This document shows positions 14,350 through 28,794 of a stretch of 64,000 nt of DNA, piece after piece (position 1 is the first letter of the stretch; every line of letters starts with the position of its first letter). The translations under genes and the position numbers were made by a program. This DNA comes from Octopus vulgaris (Eukaryota): contig OX597826.1 in assembly GCA_951406725.2 (NCBI GenBank), positions 3,720,001-3,784,000 of the forward strand, read 5' to 3'. Under the pieces are notes generated by a model. That model had not been told where the DNA came from. It ran no database searches and saw only the letters and a list, made by a program, of their open reading frames with translations.

Positions 14350-14744
14350 TCTTTATATATAAAAGTGAGGTTGTGTGTCTGTCTCCTACCATTTAGATTC
14401 CTAACTACTCCCACATTTTGCGGTGCAGTTTAACCAAAAACGGGTATCTTATAGTCGTGATTCATATCGAGACCGTCTGGGTATTAGCGCGCGTCTACGA
14501 TGAGTCTACGATTTAAAAAAAAATTTACCATCAATTTTTCCCATTTTTAATCCATTTTTGACATATATAAGGGAAGTAACTCTCTAAAATTTATTATTAA
14601 ATCTCAGAACGTAAAAAGCTACAGTAACACCCCTCCCCCTTTGTGGTTAGCCATATTGAGATGGCTATTATACTTTACATCTCTAAAAATGCTTATATAA
14701 TTATTTCCCTTACAAACCCGAGCAACGCCGGGCGATACTGCTAG
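14350..14744 (+). mobile_element. Non-autonomous Helitron
   Basis: 5' TC after A; 3' hairpin CCCGagcaacgcCGGG then CTAG before T; no TSD. Confidence 0.8.
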
Positions 14745-14829
14745 TCCTACATAAATGTATCTCAAATAAACGTATCTTAGTAGTTATTAATATAAATATA
14801 TTACATAGGTACATCTCACAGGCTATGTA

Positions 14830-15400
14830 TTGGGTTATCCGGAAAGTTCGTGCCGATTTTTAAAGGAAAGAAAAGGGTCAATAAATACTTGTCATTACAT
14901 TTTTATCAACCAAATATTAACCCTTTCGTTGCACGATGCCTGCCTCTCCATCTTTCCTTTAACTTGAAAATACCGTCTTCCCAGAAGTGAGGTGATTTCA
15001 AAGCAAAAAATTCTTCAAGGTATCATTTTACATTATCCAAGGAATTGAAATTTTTACCATTAAGACTATTCTGCAGAGATATGAATAAATGGAAATCCGA
15101 AAAAGCAATATCTGGTGAATACGGAGGGTGGGGGTCACACATCGCAGCCGAGTTGCAGCAATTTGTGTCTGGTTTCCAAAGCATCAAGTGCCGAAAATGG
15201 ACTTTCTTATCTTCCATTTTAAAGGGTTACAGAATCAACACAGGTTATAAGAACATAAACCTTCTTTCACGAAAAGATAGTCTTAAACTCTGCTGTAAAT
15301 GGAGGTGTAGTCAAATCGTATTTTATGGACTCAACTATTTTCTAAAATAAGTCGAAATGTAAGGTGCTATAAATCGGCACGAACTTTCCAGACAACCCAA
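14830..15400 (-). mobile_element. Internally deleted mariner transposon
   Basis: TIRs TTGGGTTATCCGGAAAGTTCGTGCCGATTT / AAATCGGCACGAACTTTCCAGACAACCCAA with TA TSD; peptides MEDKKVHFRHLML and HPPYSPDIAFSDFHLF. Confidence 0.9.
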
Positions 15401-17280
15401 TATATAACTAATAGTAAGGGATAAAAAAGCAACCACCAATCGTAGCTCTTTGATATTGACAAGTGCTTTTTTTTTCTTTTTGATGTACTGTACTGAGTTC
15501 AGTTTAAGTTGGGTGTACATATTGTAGCGTGTATTCTGTAAAATTAACGTTCGCTCTAGTAATTTCCAAAGACTCCATGAGAATGGGCTTCCATACGATA
15601 GAGACGACAGGGTTGCTTAAACAGAACTCTAACGTCTTAAGTTATGAGGAGATGTATAAATAGTACTAGATGTATCTCCCACAAGACTGTGCTGGCACGC
15701 CTGGAACACCTTTCCTTATTAGTCTCTGCTTGTTCCGTGTGAACCTGGTTTTAAATAACAACATTAAATGAAAGAGAAGTCTTTCTGTGGAATTTATACA
15801 AATGAATCCGAAATTCATCATTCACAGAAATTCTTATTAATAATATTGCATTTTCAAAATTTTAATTAGGAAAAAGGCCTCGGATTTGAACGAAGGTAAC
15901 AATCAAACACATCGACTCTAGTGTCTTTGTCTGTTTTTTTTTATTTCATGGAGATCAGACAAATGAAAGATAAATTGAACCTAGCATGGTTTCAACACAA
16001 AGCATGAAGATCCATTTATTGAAATTTTAAGATTGCACCTATCTGTTATCGCTCTGAGATTCACGGAAATCGCCGAGCACGCCACATAATGACATATACT
16101 TACATGCACATGACCGTGATTTTGTAAGTGGTTGTATATTATTTGCTGTCCCCACTATACTTCAGTGGATATTGACGATAGTCAGTTGCTATGAAACAGA
16201 GGTTGGTATGGAAATTCAGGTTAAGGAGTGGTAATTGGTGGGGAGTGATAGGTGTGGATTTTTCCTTTTACATTTCTAGCAGTTTGAGCACCACTTACAA
16301 ATTACAAATCGTCATTTCGGTGGCAACTGGTCATGTGATATGCTTCTATCTCTATGGAAACCTATTTCCCATCCAAAGGCATAATTGATACTTCTAAACA
16401 TGTTTGGCCTTTTCGTTAAATTTTAGAAATGGCAGAAAGCAGATAGAACACGACAAGAATAAATTTCGACTTCTTCCGCCCATTCTTAAAGTTTTCCAAG
16501 TATCTATAGTTTGTTTCGTTGTATTTCACTAGGCAGAGAAAACAGGGCATTCGACCTTTTAGTGGGCATTCAATATTGATAATAAAAAGGGGGAAATAAG
16601 AAAGCGAAGGTGGAGTGTATTGTCAGAGCGGAGATAGAAGACACAAAGCAGTGGTGTTTAACCTGGTGAGGGATTAAGCCTACCACTCAGGCAGACCGTA
16701 GTGGGAGACGAACACAGGACAGTATAAATATCACGAGGCACTCAGCCTAAAATTTCATATATTTCCGGTTCTGCATAGTTCGTTATTTGCACTTCCTTTT
16801 CTCTAGTTTGAAATAACCATAGACAAATTTGATTTCATTTTCATTTCAATCCAGAGTAAAACAAATAATCAAAATGAATATCACAGAAGATTCTATCCAA
16901 AGTTCTGAAGACTCTGCCAAGTTGCCGCCTAAAATATAGCTTAACGAAAATCGAAACTGGATAGTAAATTTTACGTCACTATAGAGATTTATCTCAATTC
17001 TAAATCGCTTACACAAGAGATGGCAACATAATCTTGTATTTTTGTACAGATGCTCTGACATTCAACAATGTAACGTTAATAACACACACTGCGTTTTGCA
17101 AAGCTAAATAATAAAAGAGAAAGGGTAAGAGAGCATTAAGGACAACCCTAGACAGGATATAACAGACAACCGATGTAAGAATCGGAGTTTTAGATGGAAT
17201 TCAAAAGGGGCTTATTCAAAGGATAAGAACGACATTGAGAGCGAAATAAGGAGCGTGCAACATATAGAAACAGTGGACGC

Positions 17281-17572
<292 letters not shown>

Positions 17573-17901
17573 GGAGAGAGAGTGTGTGTGAATAAGAGTG
17601 AGACAGCAGAACTAAAAGAGCATGTGTACGGGTGTGAAGAGTTGGATAGTTAACTAACGGAGAAGGGTAGAAACAAGTGGATCGTCAGAGAATACTTTTG
17701 AATGGTTCGAGGGAATTAGAGCATCTGAAAGAAAGACAGAGAGAGAGAGGAAACTACAGAGAAAGCCAATCACGCAAGGTTTAGCTAGTCATTTAGAGCA
17801 CCACATACAAACACACATATACATACAAATATAAACACATATGTGTATGACTATATATATAGAGAGAGATATATGTATATGTGCATATATGTATGTATTT
17901 A

Positions 17902-17932
<31 letters not shown>

Positions 17933-17946
17933 GCATATATACATAC

Positions 17947-17999
<53 letters not shown>

Positions 18000-18709
18000 A
18001 AAGAACGTGGAGAGAGAGAAAACAGACTATATATGTATGTGCGTGTGTGTGTGTATGTGTGTGTACATACAGTGTGTGGTGGGGAGGGAGTGAGGGTGTC
18101 ATATATTTGACTAAATTAAGCTAACTTGCATGCTAAGCATTCTACCGAATACAACCAAAAACAACAGAACATCCACCACCAACATCAACATCAGCATCAT
18201 CATCAACAACATCAGCAGTATCACCAACTTCGCCGACACCACGTCACCATCTCCACTGCTACCAAATTCCTTGAATACAACAAGAAACAATTCAAATGCT
18301 ATGGTAGATATCATGAAATCAATGTATTCGCTTGCAATGCAAGGAGTACGTGGTATTTGAATTGCGAAAGGTAAGAAATAAGGAAAAAGACATCGAGTTG
18401 GAAATACGGCAAGAACTAAATGTCAAGAAGTCCCTACTTTACCTTCGAAAAGTGAACACATAGTTACGTATAGGCATTTGCATCCCATCTATTAGTCACC
18501 GCACCCTCTCTCCCTTATTAAACTTTTGCAACACAACGATTCTTAGAAAAGACGCAGATCCTCTTTCGAAGCGAAAGTAGGTGGTGGGAGGAGGTATTAT
18601 ACGTGCTACTCGTATTGTTGTGGTTATTTCAACCGTTGTTGTTGTTGTAGTTCTTCTTCTTCTTCTTCTTCTTCTTCTTCTTCTTCTTCTTCTTCTTCTT
18701 CTTCTTCTT

Positions 18710-18740
<31 letters not shown>

Positions 18741-19539
18741 GATTGCTTCGTCTTTCTTTTCTTCGTCGTCATGAACGTCATCATCATCGTCATCATCATC
18801 ATCGTGATCGTCATCATTCATTCATCATCATTGATGTAATTCGTTTTCACGGTGCAAAGAATTTATATTGTATCCCCATATGACATTTCGGTAAGAGAGT
18901 CGTTATTCAAATCTTCCGAAGTATGTTACATGTGAGTCTGTTTTATGCTTCATTTTTCCCTTTTCCACTTGTATCTCTTTTATTCTTTCTAACATTTCTT
19001 TATTCCTTTCATTTATTATTCGTTGCTTTCATCTTTTACTTTTCTCTTCTTTCTTTTACACTACTCTATTTTATTCCCATTCCTATTCAATTCTCTTTAA
19101 ATGAAGAGTTGTATGTTCGTCTCCACCCATAGTTTGTATAATACGCTAAAACGTTCGCCTAACCGTTTCTGTCAGTTAAATCCATCTCGTGTAGTGATAA
19201 TGAAGACATAGAGATCGCAGCGACTTGAAATAAAATTCTAAACTACACAATATTCTATTCTAGAACCGAAGGTGTTGTCGATTAAGTCTCAATTCTCATT
19301 TTGTATTAAATCCTTCACTTTGGTTTAATATAATGCCCTATTATTTGTTCATTTGGTTTATAACAATTAAACACTATTCTTACCCGTTATTTATCGCACT
19401 CTCAGCTTTAGGTCCCTGAGAACTTCACTGTATATTTATTTTCTACGCAGTTTATACACCTGGGCCTTATGTAATATTTCCATCCAAAGTATATAGACGG
19501 GTTTTTTTATACATAAATATCACTCGATATAATATTTGC

Positions 19540-19695
19540 TTTCTATGCGGTTTATATAGTTCGAGGTTCAATCCCTCTGCATAGCTCTATGGGCAAATGC
19601 CTTTAGCTTTGTAAGTGGATTTGATAGATAGAAACTAAAGGAAGCTCGTGATGTATACATATATATGTATATACCTATGTATATATCTATATATC

Positions 19696-19754
<59 letters not shown>

Positions 19755-19970
19755 CTATATATGTTATATGTTTATATCTATATATCATTGTTTGTCTCCT
19801 CGCCACCGCTTCACAACCGGTGTGGGTGTATTTACGTCCCCGTAACATAGGGGTTCGGCAAAAGACACCGACAGAATAAGTATTAATCTTAAAAATAATT
19901 CCTGGGGTCGATTTGTTCAAGGTGGTGTCTCAGTATGTCCACAGTCAAATGATTAAAACCCGGAAAACAA
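19540..19970 (+). mobile_element. SINE family A, degraded, with expanded internal (TA)n
   Basis: GGTTCAATCCC B box; TTTACGTCCCCGTAAC...GGTTCGGCAAAAGACACCGACAGAATAAG. Confidence 0.75.
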
Positions 19971-20199
19971 AATATTTTCACACAACGTATATAAACGTTT
20001 TTTAAATGCATAAATATCTCTCTTGGCATCATAGTCGCATATGACTTTCATTGCCAGAGGAGGGATAATAAGCACGAAACAAACCCAGAATTAACAGCGC
20101 ATCAATTAATTATCAGACAACACAGGAGCGCATTCCTTTGACCCTTCCCATATGTAATTGCCTGGGAACGAGTTCATCGTGGGACGCGTCACTGTCATG

Positions 20200-20420
20200 C
20201 ACTCCCTTCAATTTGCCTTCTCTGCTGCTAATATAATAGTCACTGCTACTTCAATAGTACAGGCTCACTCATTTGTCATTCATCGTCCAAGTAGAATCTA
20301 CCCCCTGCACATCCCGCACTAATAGCTATTCCCGGAATTTCCTCCACACAGCGTTGATCGCCTGGATTAATCTGATTCTTTCGATCCCGGTGTCTTCTAA
20401 CGACAACTTAAGTGAACCGT
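20200..20420 (+). mobile_element. Highly decayed CR1/L2-like LINE 3' end
   Basis: Peptide RTNSYSRNFLHTALIAWINL resembles the RT..Y..SF.P.....WN.LP C-terminus. Confidence 0.35.
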
Positions 20421-21221
20421 TAACATGTCTGTTTCATTCATTTCCGTCGGCCTGTAAAGACTATGAGCATTGCATCCTATCACTAGACTCAGCAAGAAAA
20501 TTAAGCACATTTGTTAGTCAAAGTTTCTCAAAAACATTTTTTAGTTTTCTCAGTTTCGTCCATTCTTTTGTCTTTTTTTTCTTTCATTTTTAGTTAGCTC
20601 CCTTTGTGGACTCTTCTTAATCACCCTGTATCAATGTTTTCGTCCTTCAGATAGCAGTACAATATTCATAATTTTGTTTGCATTTGAAGCTTATTAATGC
20701 ATTGTGCATACATCGAGAAGTATTTGCTCTTTCACCTTCAGCAATTTCAAAATGCATTTCTTTTAGTTTTAACATATTAAGGATGAAAAATGCAATTACA
20801 AATCCAAACAAAATCTGTTTTGTTATCTTCATTTGCAAACGAAATATATTTATATTTTAAAAACAGGAGAACAAGATAAATCCCCTAACATTAATAAGTT
20901 CCTCCTTATCAAAAAATTGGAACTAAATATATTAAATTTGCAAAATCGTTTTTGTGTGGAGATTCTAAACCTTTGAACTTCCAAATATAAAACTCGAAGA
21001 CTGTTTATAAAAATGAAAAATAGCAAAAATCTGCATTAAACGAATTTGTATTAGAAAATTATTTTACGTTCTAAAACAACTATAAACTTCCAAACTAAAT
21101 ATTTTGCATTTGCATATTTTATATTTGTTTGATGTAGCTGGAAAAAAACGATGATTAGTGAGTCACTTCATAAACATTCTAGTGAACGACTAAACCTATG
21201 TGTACGAAATATCTTCAATAC

Positions 21222-21364
21222 AGGCGTGGTTGTGTGGTTGCTTTCCGACCACATGGCTCCGAGTTCAGTCACTCGGCGTGGTACCTTGGACAAATGTCTT
21301 CTACTATAGCCTCGGGCCGGCCGACCAGAGCAGATTTGGTAGACGGAAACTGAAGGAAGTCCGT

Positions 21365-21453
<89 letters not shown>

Positions 21454-21665
21454 CTTTGTGTCCCCACATCATCTGTTGACAACCGATGTTGGTGTTTTGT
21501 GGTCTCCGTAACTAAGCGGCTCGGCAAAGTGTCCGATAGAATAAGTACTAGGCTTACAAAAAAAGAGTCCTGGGGTCGTTTTCTTCGAATAAAAGATCTT
21601 TTAAGACAGTGCCTCGGCATGGCTACAGTCAAATAACTGAAACAAGCAAAAGAATAAAAGAATAA
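21222..21665 (+). mobile_element. SINE family A, full length
   Basis: tRNA-like head, internal (TA)n(TG)n, 3' ACTGAAACAAGCAAAAGAATAAAAG tail. Confidence 0.9.
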
Positions 21666-22823
21666 TTTGTGTAATTAGCAAATTAATATGGACACGTCCA
21701 TTTAGATTAATCAGAAGAAATGTAGAGTGCACAGGCTCCCACGCTCGCAACGATATCTGTATTGTGTAGGTAACTAGGGTAATATCCAAGTTGTTTCCGT
21801 TATTACAATCCAACATGTAGTCTCAGTTGCTGCTGTATGTTAGTTCAAAATGCATACAAAAATTCAGAATTATGGAAATACGATTTGCGTAGTTATTGTA
21901 TAACAAAACAGAAAATTGAAAAGTTTACGGTATTATTTCTTTATAATTACACGTGTTTCGTTTGCTAATAGGCATTACAAAGTTTAACATGTTAGATAGA
22001 GATGTCGGGAAATTTCCATTAGAAATTCTTCAGACAGAGAAATTATATATCTTTGGATTTGAGGAATTAAATAATGTAGAATCTGAGCGCATGGTGTGTC
22101 CTATTTGAAGATCAGGATACTGGTACAACAAAAACCGAGAGAAAAAAAAAAGATATTTATATAAATAACAGACTGACCATTCGGAAACATCGTTTTGTGA
22201 AGCTCTTAATCCCCACCCACTTCTTGTTCACTCTTTTTCTCTTCCTGTTTCTGTGTCTTTTGGGTGCGTATTTTCTATAACTTTTATACACCTTTTACAA
22301 TTATCCACTTCAGTCTTTCCTTTCGTTCTTTTATTAATTATCATCTTGTCTTATCTTCCTCTCTTTTCCCTTTGCTCTCATATCTTCCCCTCTATTTATT
22401 CTTTATCTTGTCTTTCAACAACTCCCACTCCCATTTTTTGTCTCCTCCTCCCTCTTTATCTTCCTTGGTCCTTAGTCTTCTTTCTACTTCCTTGTCAAAA
22501 TATTTATAAAATGCCTCACCATCTATCGATTAGTTTTCAGTAACAAGAGGCAATAAACTGTTTCCTCGTGGTCTGTTGTAGTTAAACATGCAATTATAGG
22601 TTGACAATCCAATGCAGAATTACAAACACGGTGATGACGAAACGTACGTAGAATCAAATAATATAAACATGTGTTTAAAGTAATTAATCCGGCATTTTCT
22701 TCAAATATCACAAATAGTAATATTACTAAGTATAGTAGTTGCTTACACAGTATACTACTGGCGTCAGACTAGATTATGATAATCTAAGCGCAGCTCTAAA
22801 ACTTAACAGTGTGTTTATATATA

Positions 22824-22896
<73 letters not shown>

Positions 22897-23319
22897 GTAT
22901 GTATGTTTGTATTATGTGTTTGTATGAATATTATGAGAGGGGAGATAACTGATCCGTTAATGTAAGATTAAGCAAAAAGTACTCCACTCAGTGGGAGATA
23001 ATTATCATTTAATGAACACAGTATAAAGATAAGGGCTTCAAATAGTTTCTTGGACTGAAATCACGTTGCTAGGCAGGGTTTTATAACGTGCCTTATACTT
23101 CCAAGTAATCTTAAGGCCCTGAGCACATGGGCCTGTTCTGTTACATGAAGATGCATGTGAAAAGCAGAGGAAAACATGAAAAGAAGGCAAATAGCAAGGG
23201 AGGAAAACAACACAAGCGCTAAATACTAATACATGCATTGCTCTTTTCTCTTCGCTTTTCCTTCTCCTGCCTTCTCTATCCATACATACAGGGTCACACA
23301 CACACACAACATATACATC

Positions 23320-23740
23320 TTATTTCTTTATTGCCCACAAGGGACTAAACATAGAGGGGAGAAACAAGGACAGACAAGGAGATTAAGTCGATTACATCGA
23401 CTCCAGTATGTAAAACTGCTACTTAATTTATAGACCCCCGAAAGGACGAAAGGCAAAGTCGACCTTGGCGGAATTTGAACTCAGAACGTAACAGCAGACG
23501 AAATACCTATTTCTTTACTACCCACAAGGGGCTAAACACAGAGAGGACAAACAAGGACAGACAAACGGGTTAAGTCGATTACATCGGCCCCAGTGCGTAA
23601 CTGGTACTTATTTAATCGACCCCGAAAGGTTGAAAGGCAAAGTCAACCTCGGTGGAATTTGAACTCAGAACGTAGCGGCAGACGAAATACAGCTAAGCAT
23701 TTCGCCCGGCGTGCTAACGTTTCTGCCAGCTTGCCGCCTT
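23320..23740 (-). mobile_element. SINE family B with two tandem body units
   Basis: Reverse complement of the GGCGGC.AGCTGGCAGAAACGTTAGCACGCCGGGCGAAATGC head; unit repeated twice. Confidence 0.9.
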
Positions 23741-24237
23741 AAACAACATACATTTATACACACACACATTTATACGCAGATATAGACAGACATTGCTGCG
23801 TCTCTGAGTTTGTGTATATTTATTTATATATGTTTGCGTGGTCTTGCATATATGTGTGTGTGTGATTAAATTTATTATTATGCATATATGCTTGTGCTGA
23901 TGTGTTGCTATGTTTGGTTTGTGTGTGTACGTTTGTGTGAGCGCGTGTGAGTGTCTGTGTGCGTGTGTGTATTTGTGTGTGCGTGTCTGTGTGTGTATGT
24001 GTGTGTACGTACTTCATTTACTCCAGATTAACATCCCCTATAATAAAGTGTACTGAATTGTGGCTGATACGAACTAGAGGTTCTTCAAATTCAAATACCT
24101 TCTGTGGACATTTTGCGATATTATACATACACGTGCTTTTATATATATATCTATAGCTATCTATCTATATGTGTGTATGCGCCTGTATATCTGTGTGTGT
24201 ATACATACACACACACTTATATGTATGTATGTATCTA

Positions 24238-24299
<62 letters not shown>

Positions 24300-24691
24300 C
24301 ATGTTTTTTATGCATTTGATGGAAATCCAAAGAAACAGCACGGTAACACGGTAAATCAAGATATATGAAATCAACGAACAAGTGGGAGTTTATTAATTTT
24401 CAATGAGATTCCAACATCTGTTGGACTACTTCAAAATCGGGGTGATGACAAGGTCGCTTAGCTATTTTAAATTAGGATTAATAGAATCAGATGTTACGTA
24501 TTAATTTAAAGGGATCTGCATGTAGTAAATGTCAACACATTTACTGAAATGCTGGCTTCCCAACGCATAAATCTCTCGTGAATTTGGTTCATATGTAAAG
24601 ATGAAATATATCAGCGCAGCAACGTCTAATTCGCTGCGGACCAAAGAACAACAAAGTGAGCTTAGTCATATATATATATATATATGAATAA

Positions 24692-24780
<89 letters not shown>

Positions 24781-25021
24781 TGTATATATATATGTATATA
24801 TATATATATGTATATATTTATATATATATGTATATATATATATATATGCATATACATATATGCATACATACTATAACAATGCACACACATGTATATATGC
24901 ATATATATATATGTGTGTGTGTATATATATATATGTGTGTGTAAATATATATATGTCTGTGCGTATATATATATATACATATATGATAGATAGATAGATA
25001 AATAGATAGATAGATAGATAT

Positions 25022-25100
<79 letters not shown>

Positions 25101-25542
25101 TATGTACTGTCCGTCAGCAATTCGTGAGCATGATTTCAATTTTTCAATTTGAAGAAAGCAAAAATATTAGAAAGCCAACAATTTCCCAAGAATGTGACCC
25201 ACTTATTCTGACTTACGATTAACAGAAAACTTTTCAATAAAATATTAGCTTCGATTACTGCCTTGATATAACTCCAGAAAGTTTTATCTGCGTTGTGCTG
25301 TTGATGTATATTTTTGTTGCCCATGCAGTCATGAATAGCAGTCGTCAACGGGTCCTTGCGACCGCTTGAATTCTTAGCTGTTTTCGTCGCAACGAGGCTC
25401 CAATCCTAGCAGAGAGCTAAGAGATCAATGCTTGCGTTAACATGATCCTGAAAATTTTCAACCGTTTAATCCTGACTCGCGCAGGCTGTGTAAGAGGTAG
25501 TTGAGTATGATTGAAATACGTAAGAACCTGTGTATATAACTC

Positions 25543-25648
25543 AGGCAAAGTCGACCTCGGCGGAATTTGAACTCAGAACGTAACGGCAGACGAAATACCG
25601 CAGTGCATTTCGCCCGGCGTGCTAACCTTTCTCCCAGCTAGCCGCCTT
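25543..25648 (-). mobile_element. SINE family B 5' fragment
   Basis: Matches 23635-23740. Confidence 0.85.
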
Positions 25649-25926
25649 AACAAGGTCCATACTATTGTCAGATTGATTCTGTTTACGATACAATCGTTTT
25701 TGAAGAATTCAGCCATATACATGCTAATCCAAGGAACGTTTGAGCTCTGTTGATCGAACACCTAAACCGTATAAGTTCTGTTGGGGAAAAGTATATCCAT
25801 CTCTTATTACTCGGTAGTATTATTCATTTGCTTTCACTTTATTATTGCCTGAGTTATGCGCTGTTGTTTGTTTTGTTCTTGCTTTACCTAGGACGTATGC
25901 GGTGTGTAGCAGGGCAATTTTTTGTA

Positions 25927-25973
<47 letters not shown>

Positions 25974-26102
25974 TTCAATAACATTTAGATTCAGATGAAT
26001 TTGGTACTTAAGTTAAAGGCACCAAAATTTAGCATGGTATTATCCATATAATTCAAAATGGGGGATTGCAATAAAAATAAGCAGCAAGGATATCCAGAGG
26101 TA

Positions 26103-26192
26103 ATGCAGCACGATCGTTTCATACGACTCCATTTAATTGAACAATGCAAATATTACGTCAGTTTTAAAATGTAGACCAATCTTCAGCTGCAT
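26103..26192 (-). ncRNA. Hammerhead-like motif, probably inactive (GUG triplet, decayed stem II)
   Basis: Minus strand: AUGCAG CUGAAGA ... GAAA CGAUCG U G CUGCAU; perfect 6-bp stem I and palindromic ACGAUCGU. Confidence 0.6.
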
Positions 26193-26327
26193 AAAAATAT
26201 AGAATTTAGTTAAATTCAAAGGATTCATTTGTATAGTTATTCCATTAACCAATATCACAAAGAGGATAAGTAGATAGACAACGGACATGTTTCATCAACA
26301 ACATCATAGTTGTAAACATGATGTAGC

Positions 26328-26417
<90 letters not shown>

Positions 26418-26763
26418 TGACTCCTGATGTTTTGGTTATGTATTAGTCTGTATGAATTTTAATCAAAACTAATGGATCTATAATTATGGAGTCTATTCTG
26501 TTTTTAGGCTCCACATTCGGGTTTTCGCTATTTCAAGGTCTTTGTATTTTGGGAGTTTCTCCGTTTCTTTTAGGGATACACTGTCATTGATAAATAGATA
26601 TGGTTCCCTAAAATTAATTTTACATGCAGCAGTGTGAGCGGGCAACAAAGATTGCCGAGCTTATAGTGGAGACTTGCTCGAGATGCCATGAGGTTGGACT
26701 GAAACCGCACTGTTCTTCGGAAGTCAGGCCTACATATATATTATATATATAATATGTAGCTAG

Positions 26764-26881
<118 letters not shown>

Positions 26882-27028
26882 TAGACAAATGAATTATCTT
26901 ATTACGGATAATTCGAAAGATAACCGATACCTGGGTAGCGAACTCACAACAGAAAAAGCACGGTTGAAGTTACGACCATAGGGCATAAACTCCGTGCCTT
27001 AGTGCGGAAATTTGAAGTTTAATATATT

Positions 27029-27397
27029 AAGTATAGGAAAGAATGGAGCTGAACGAAGATTTAACAAAATTCCTTTATTTTAACATCGCTTGGCAACCGA
27101 TACTGTTGTGTTCACGTCCCCGTAACTTAGCGATTCTGCAAAAGAGACCGATAGATTAAGTACTAGGCCTACAAAGAATTAGTCCTGGGGACGATTAGCT
27201 CGACAAAAAGCGGTGCACCAGTATGGCCGCAGTGAAATAACCCAGGACTAATTCTTTGTAGGCCTAGTACTTAATCTATCGGTCTCTTTTGCAGAATCGC
27301 TAATTTACGGGGACGTGAACACAACAGTATCGGTTGTCAAGCGATGTTAAAATAAAGGAATTTTGTTAAATCTTCGTTCAGCTCCATTCTTTCCTAT

Positions 27398-27401
<4 letters not shown>
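27029..27401. repeat. Inverted duplication, 161-bp arms and 51-bp loop, containing a SINE A 3' part
   Basis: 27029-27189 is the reverse complement of 27241-27401 with about 2 mismatches. Confidence 0.95.
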
Positions 27402-27433
<32 letters not shown>

Positions 27434-27481
27434 CATACGTACATACATACTTATATATATATATATGTATATATATATATA

Positions 27482-27890
27482 GGCGCAGTAGTGGATGTGG
27501 GGTAAGTAGCTTGCTTACCAACCATTTGGTTCTGGGTTCAGTCCCACAGCGTGGCACCTTAGGCAAGTGTCTTCTACTATAGCCTCAGTCCGACCAAAGC
27601 CTTGTGAGTGGATGTGGTAGACGGAAACTGAAAGAAGCCCGTGGTATATATGTTTGTATAGGTTTGTATGTCTGTGTTTGTCCTCCCAACCATCGCTTGA
27701 CAACCGATGCTGGTGTGTTTACGTCCCCATCACTTTCCGGTTCTGTAAGAGAGACCGATAAAATAAGTACTAGGCTTACAATGAATAAGTCCTGGGGTCG
27801 ATTTGCACGACTAAAGGCGGGGATCCAGCATCGCCACAGTCAAATGACTGAAACAAATAAAAAATAACAGAATAAAAGAATAAAAGAAAT
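27482..27890 (+). mobile_element. SINE family A, full length
   Basis: Head GGCGCAGTAGTGGATGTGGGGTAAG...GGTTCAGTCCC; tail GACTGAAACAAATAAAA. Confidence 0.9.
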
Positions 27891-27914
27891 AATATATATA
27901 TATACATATGTAAA

Positions 27915-27958
<44 letters not shown>

Positions 27959-28554
27959 TAAAAATATATACATTATACATATATATATGTGCGTATACAA
28001 ACGTATATAGGCATACATACATACAAAAAACATACGTATATACATATATACATAAATATATGAATTTTTCGACATAAGTATACCAGAAATAAATGAAGCC
28101 ATGTTTTATTTTTAAGTTTTAAAAATAAATAACAAAAATTCATTCACCATATGTTAAATGAAGCCGAATTTTGTTGGGCGACCTTCAACCTTTGCGGAAA
28201 TGTTTGAACTAGCATCTTTCTGACATTTAGTACAAACACATATATACAATTTCACATACATTCATAGCGGGGCGTGGACAGCTGTGAAATTGAAATATTG
28301 TCTAATTATTAGTAATCACCTTCTCGTTTGACATTAACCATAATTCTTCGAAACATTTCGTTTCTCTAACTACCTTTCGCCATTTTTCTTTTTACTTTTT
28401 CTCACACACTTGAAGACCTCTGCCTGTTTTGTTTTTGCTTTAGTTTTTAATATAACGATTTCCTACAACCCTGTCTTGTAAAACACTGATATGATTCTAC
28501 CTAACAAATGTCTTCTTTATGTGCTACATTTTAATGCTATTATTATTATTATTA

Positions 28555-28589
<35 letters not shown>

Positions 28590-28623
28590 GTTGTTGTTAT
28601 TTTTATTGTTATTATTATTATTG

Positions 28624-28673
<50 letters not shown>

Positions 28674-28743
28674 GTTATTGTTATTATTATTATTGTTATT
28701 ATCATTATTATTATTTTTATTTTTATTATTGTTATTATTTTTA

Positions 28744-28782
<39 letters not shown>

Positions 28783-28794
28783 GTTATTGTTATT

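Noticed and set aside
16621-16760. TATA box or solo LTR
   Set aside because: No TG...CA boundaries with a TSD or poly(A) signal; a TATA motif is uninformative in AT-rich DNA.
25105-25530. Possible Tc1-like terminus and C-terminal peptide RIQAV
   Set aside because: No second TIR or catalytic motif was found.
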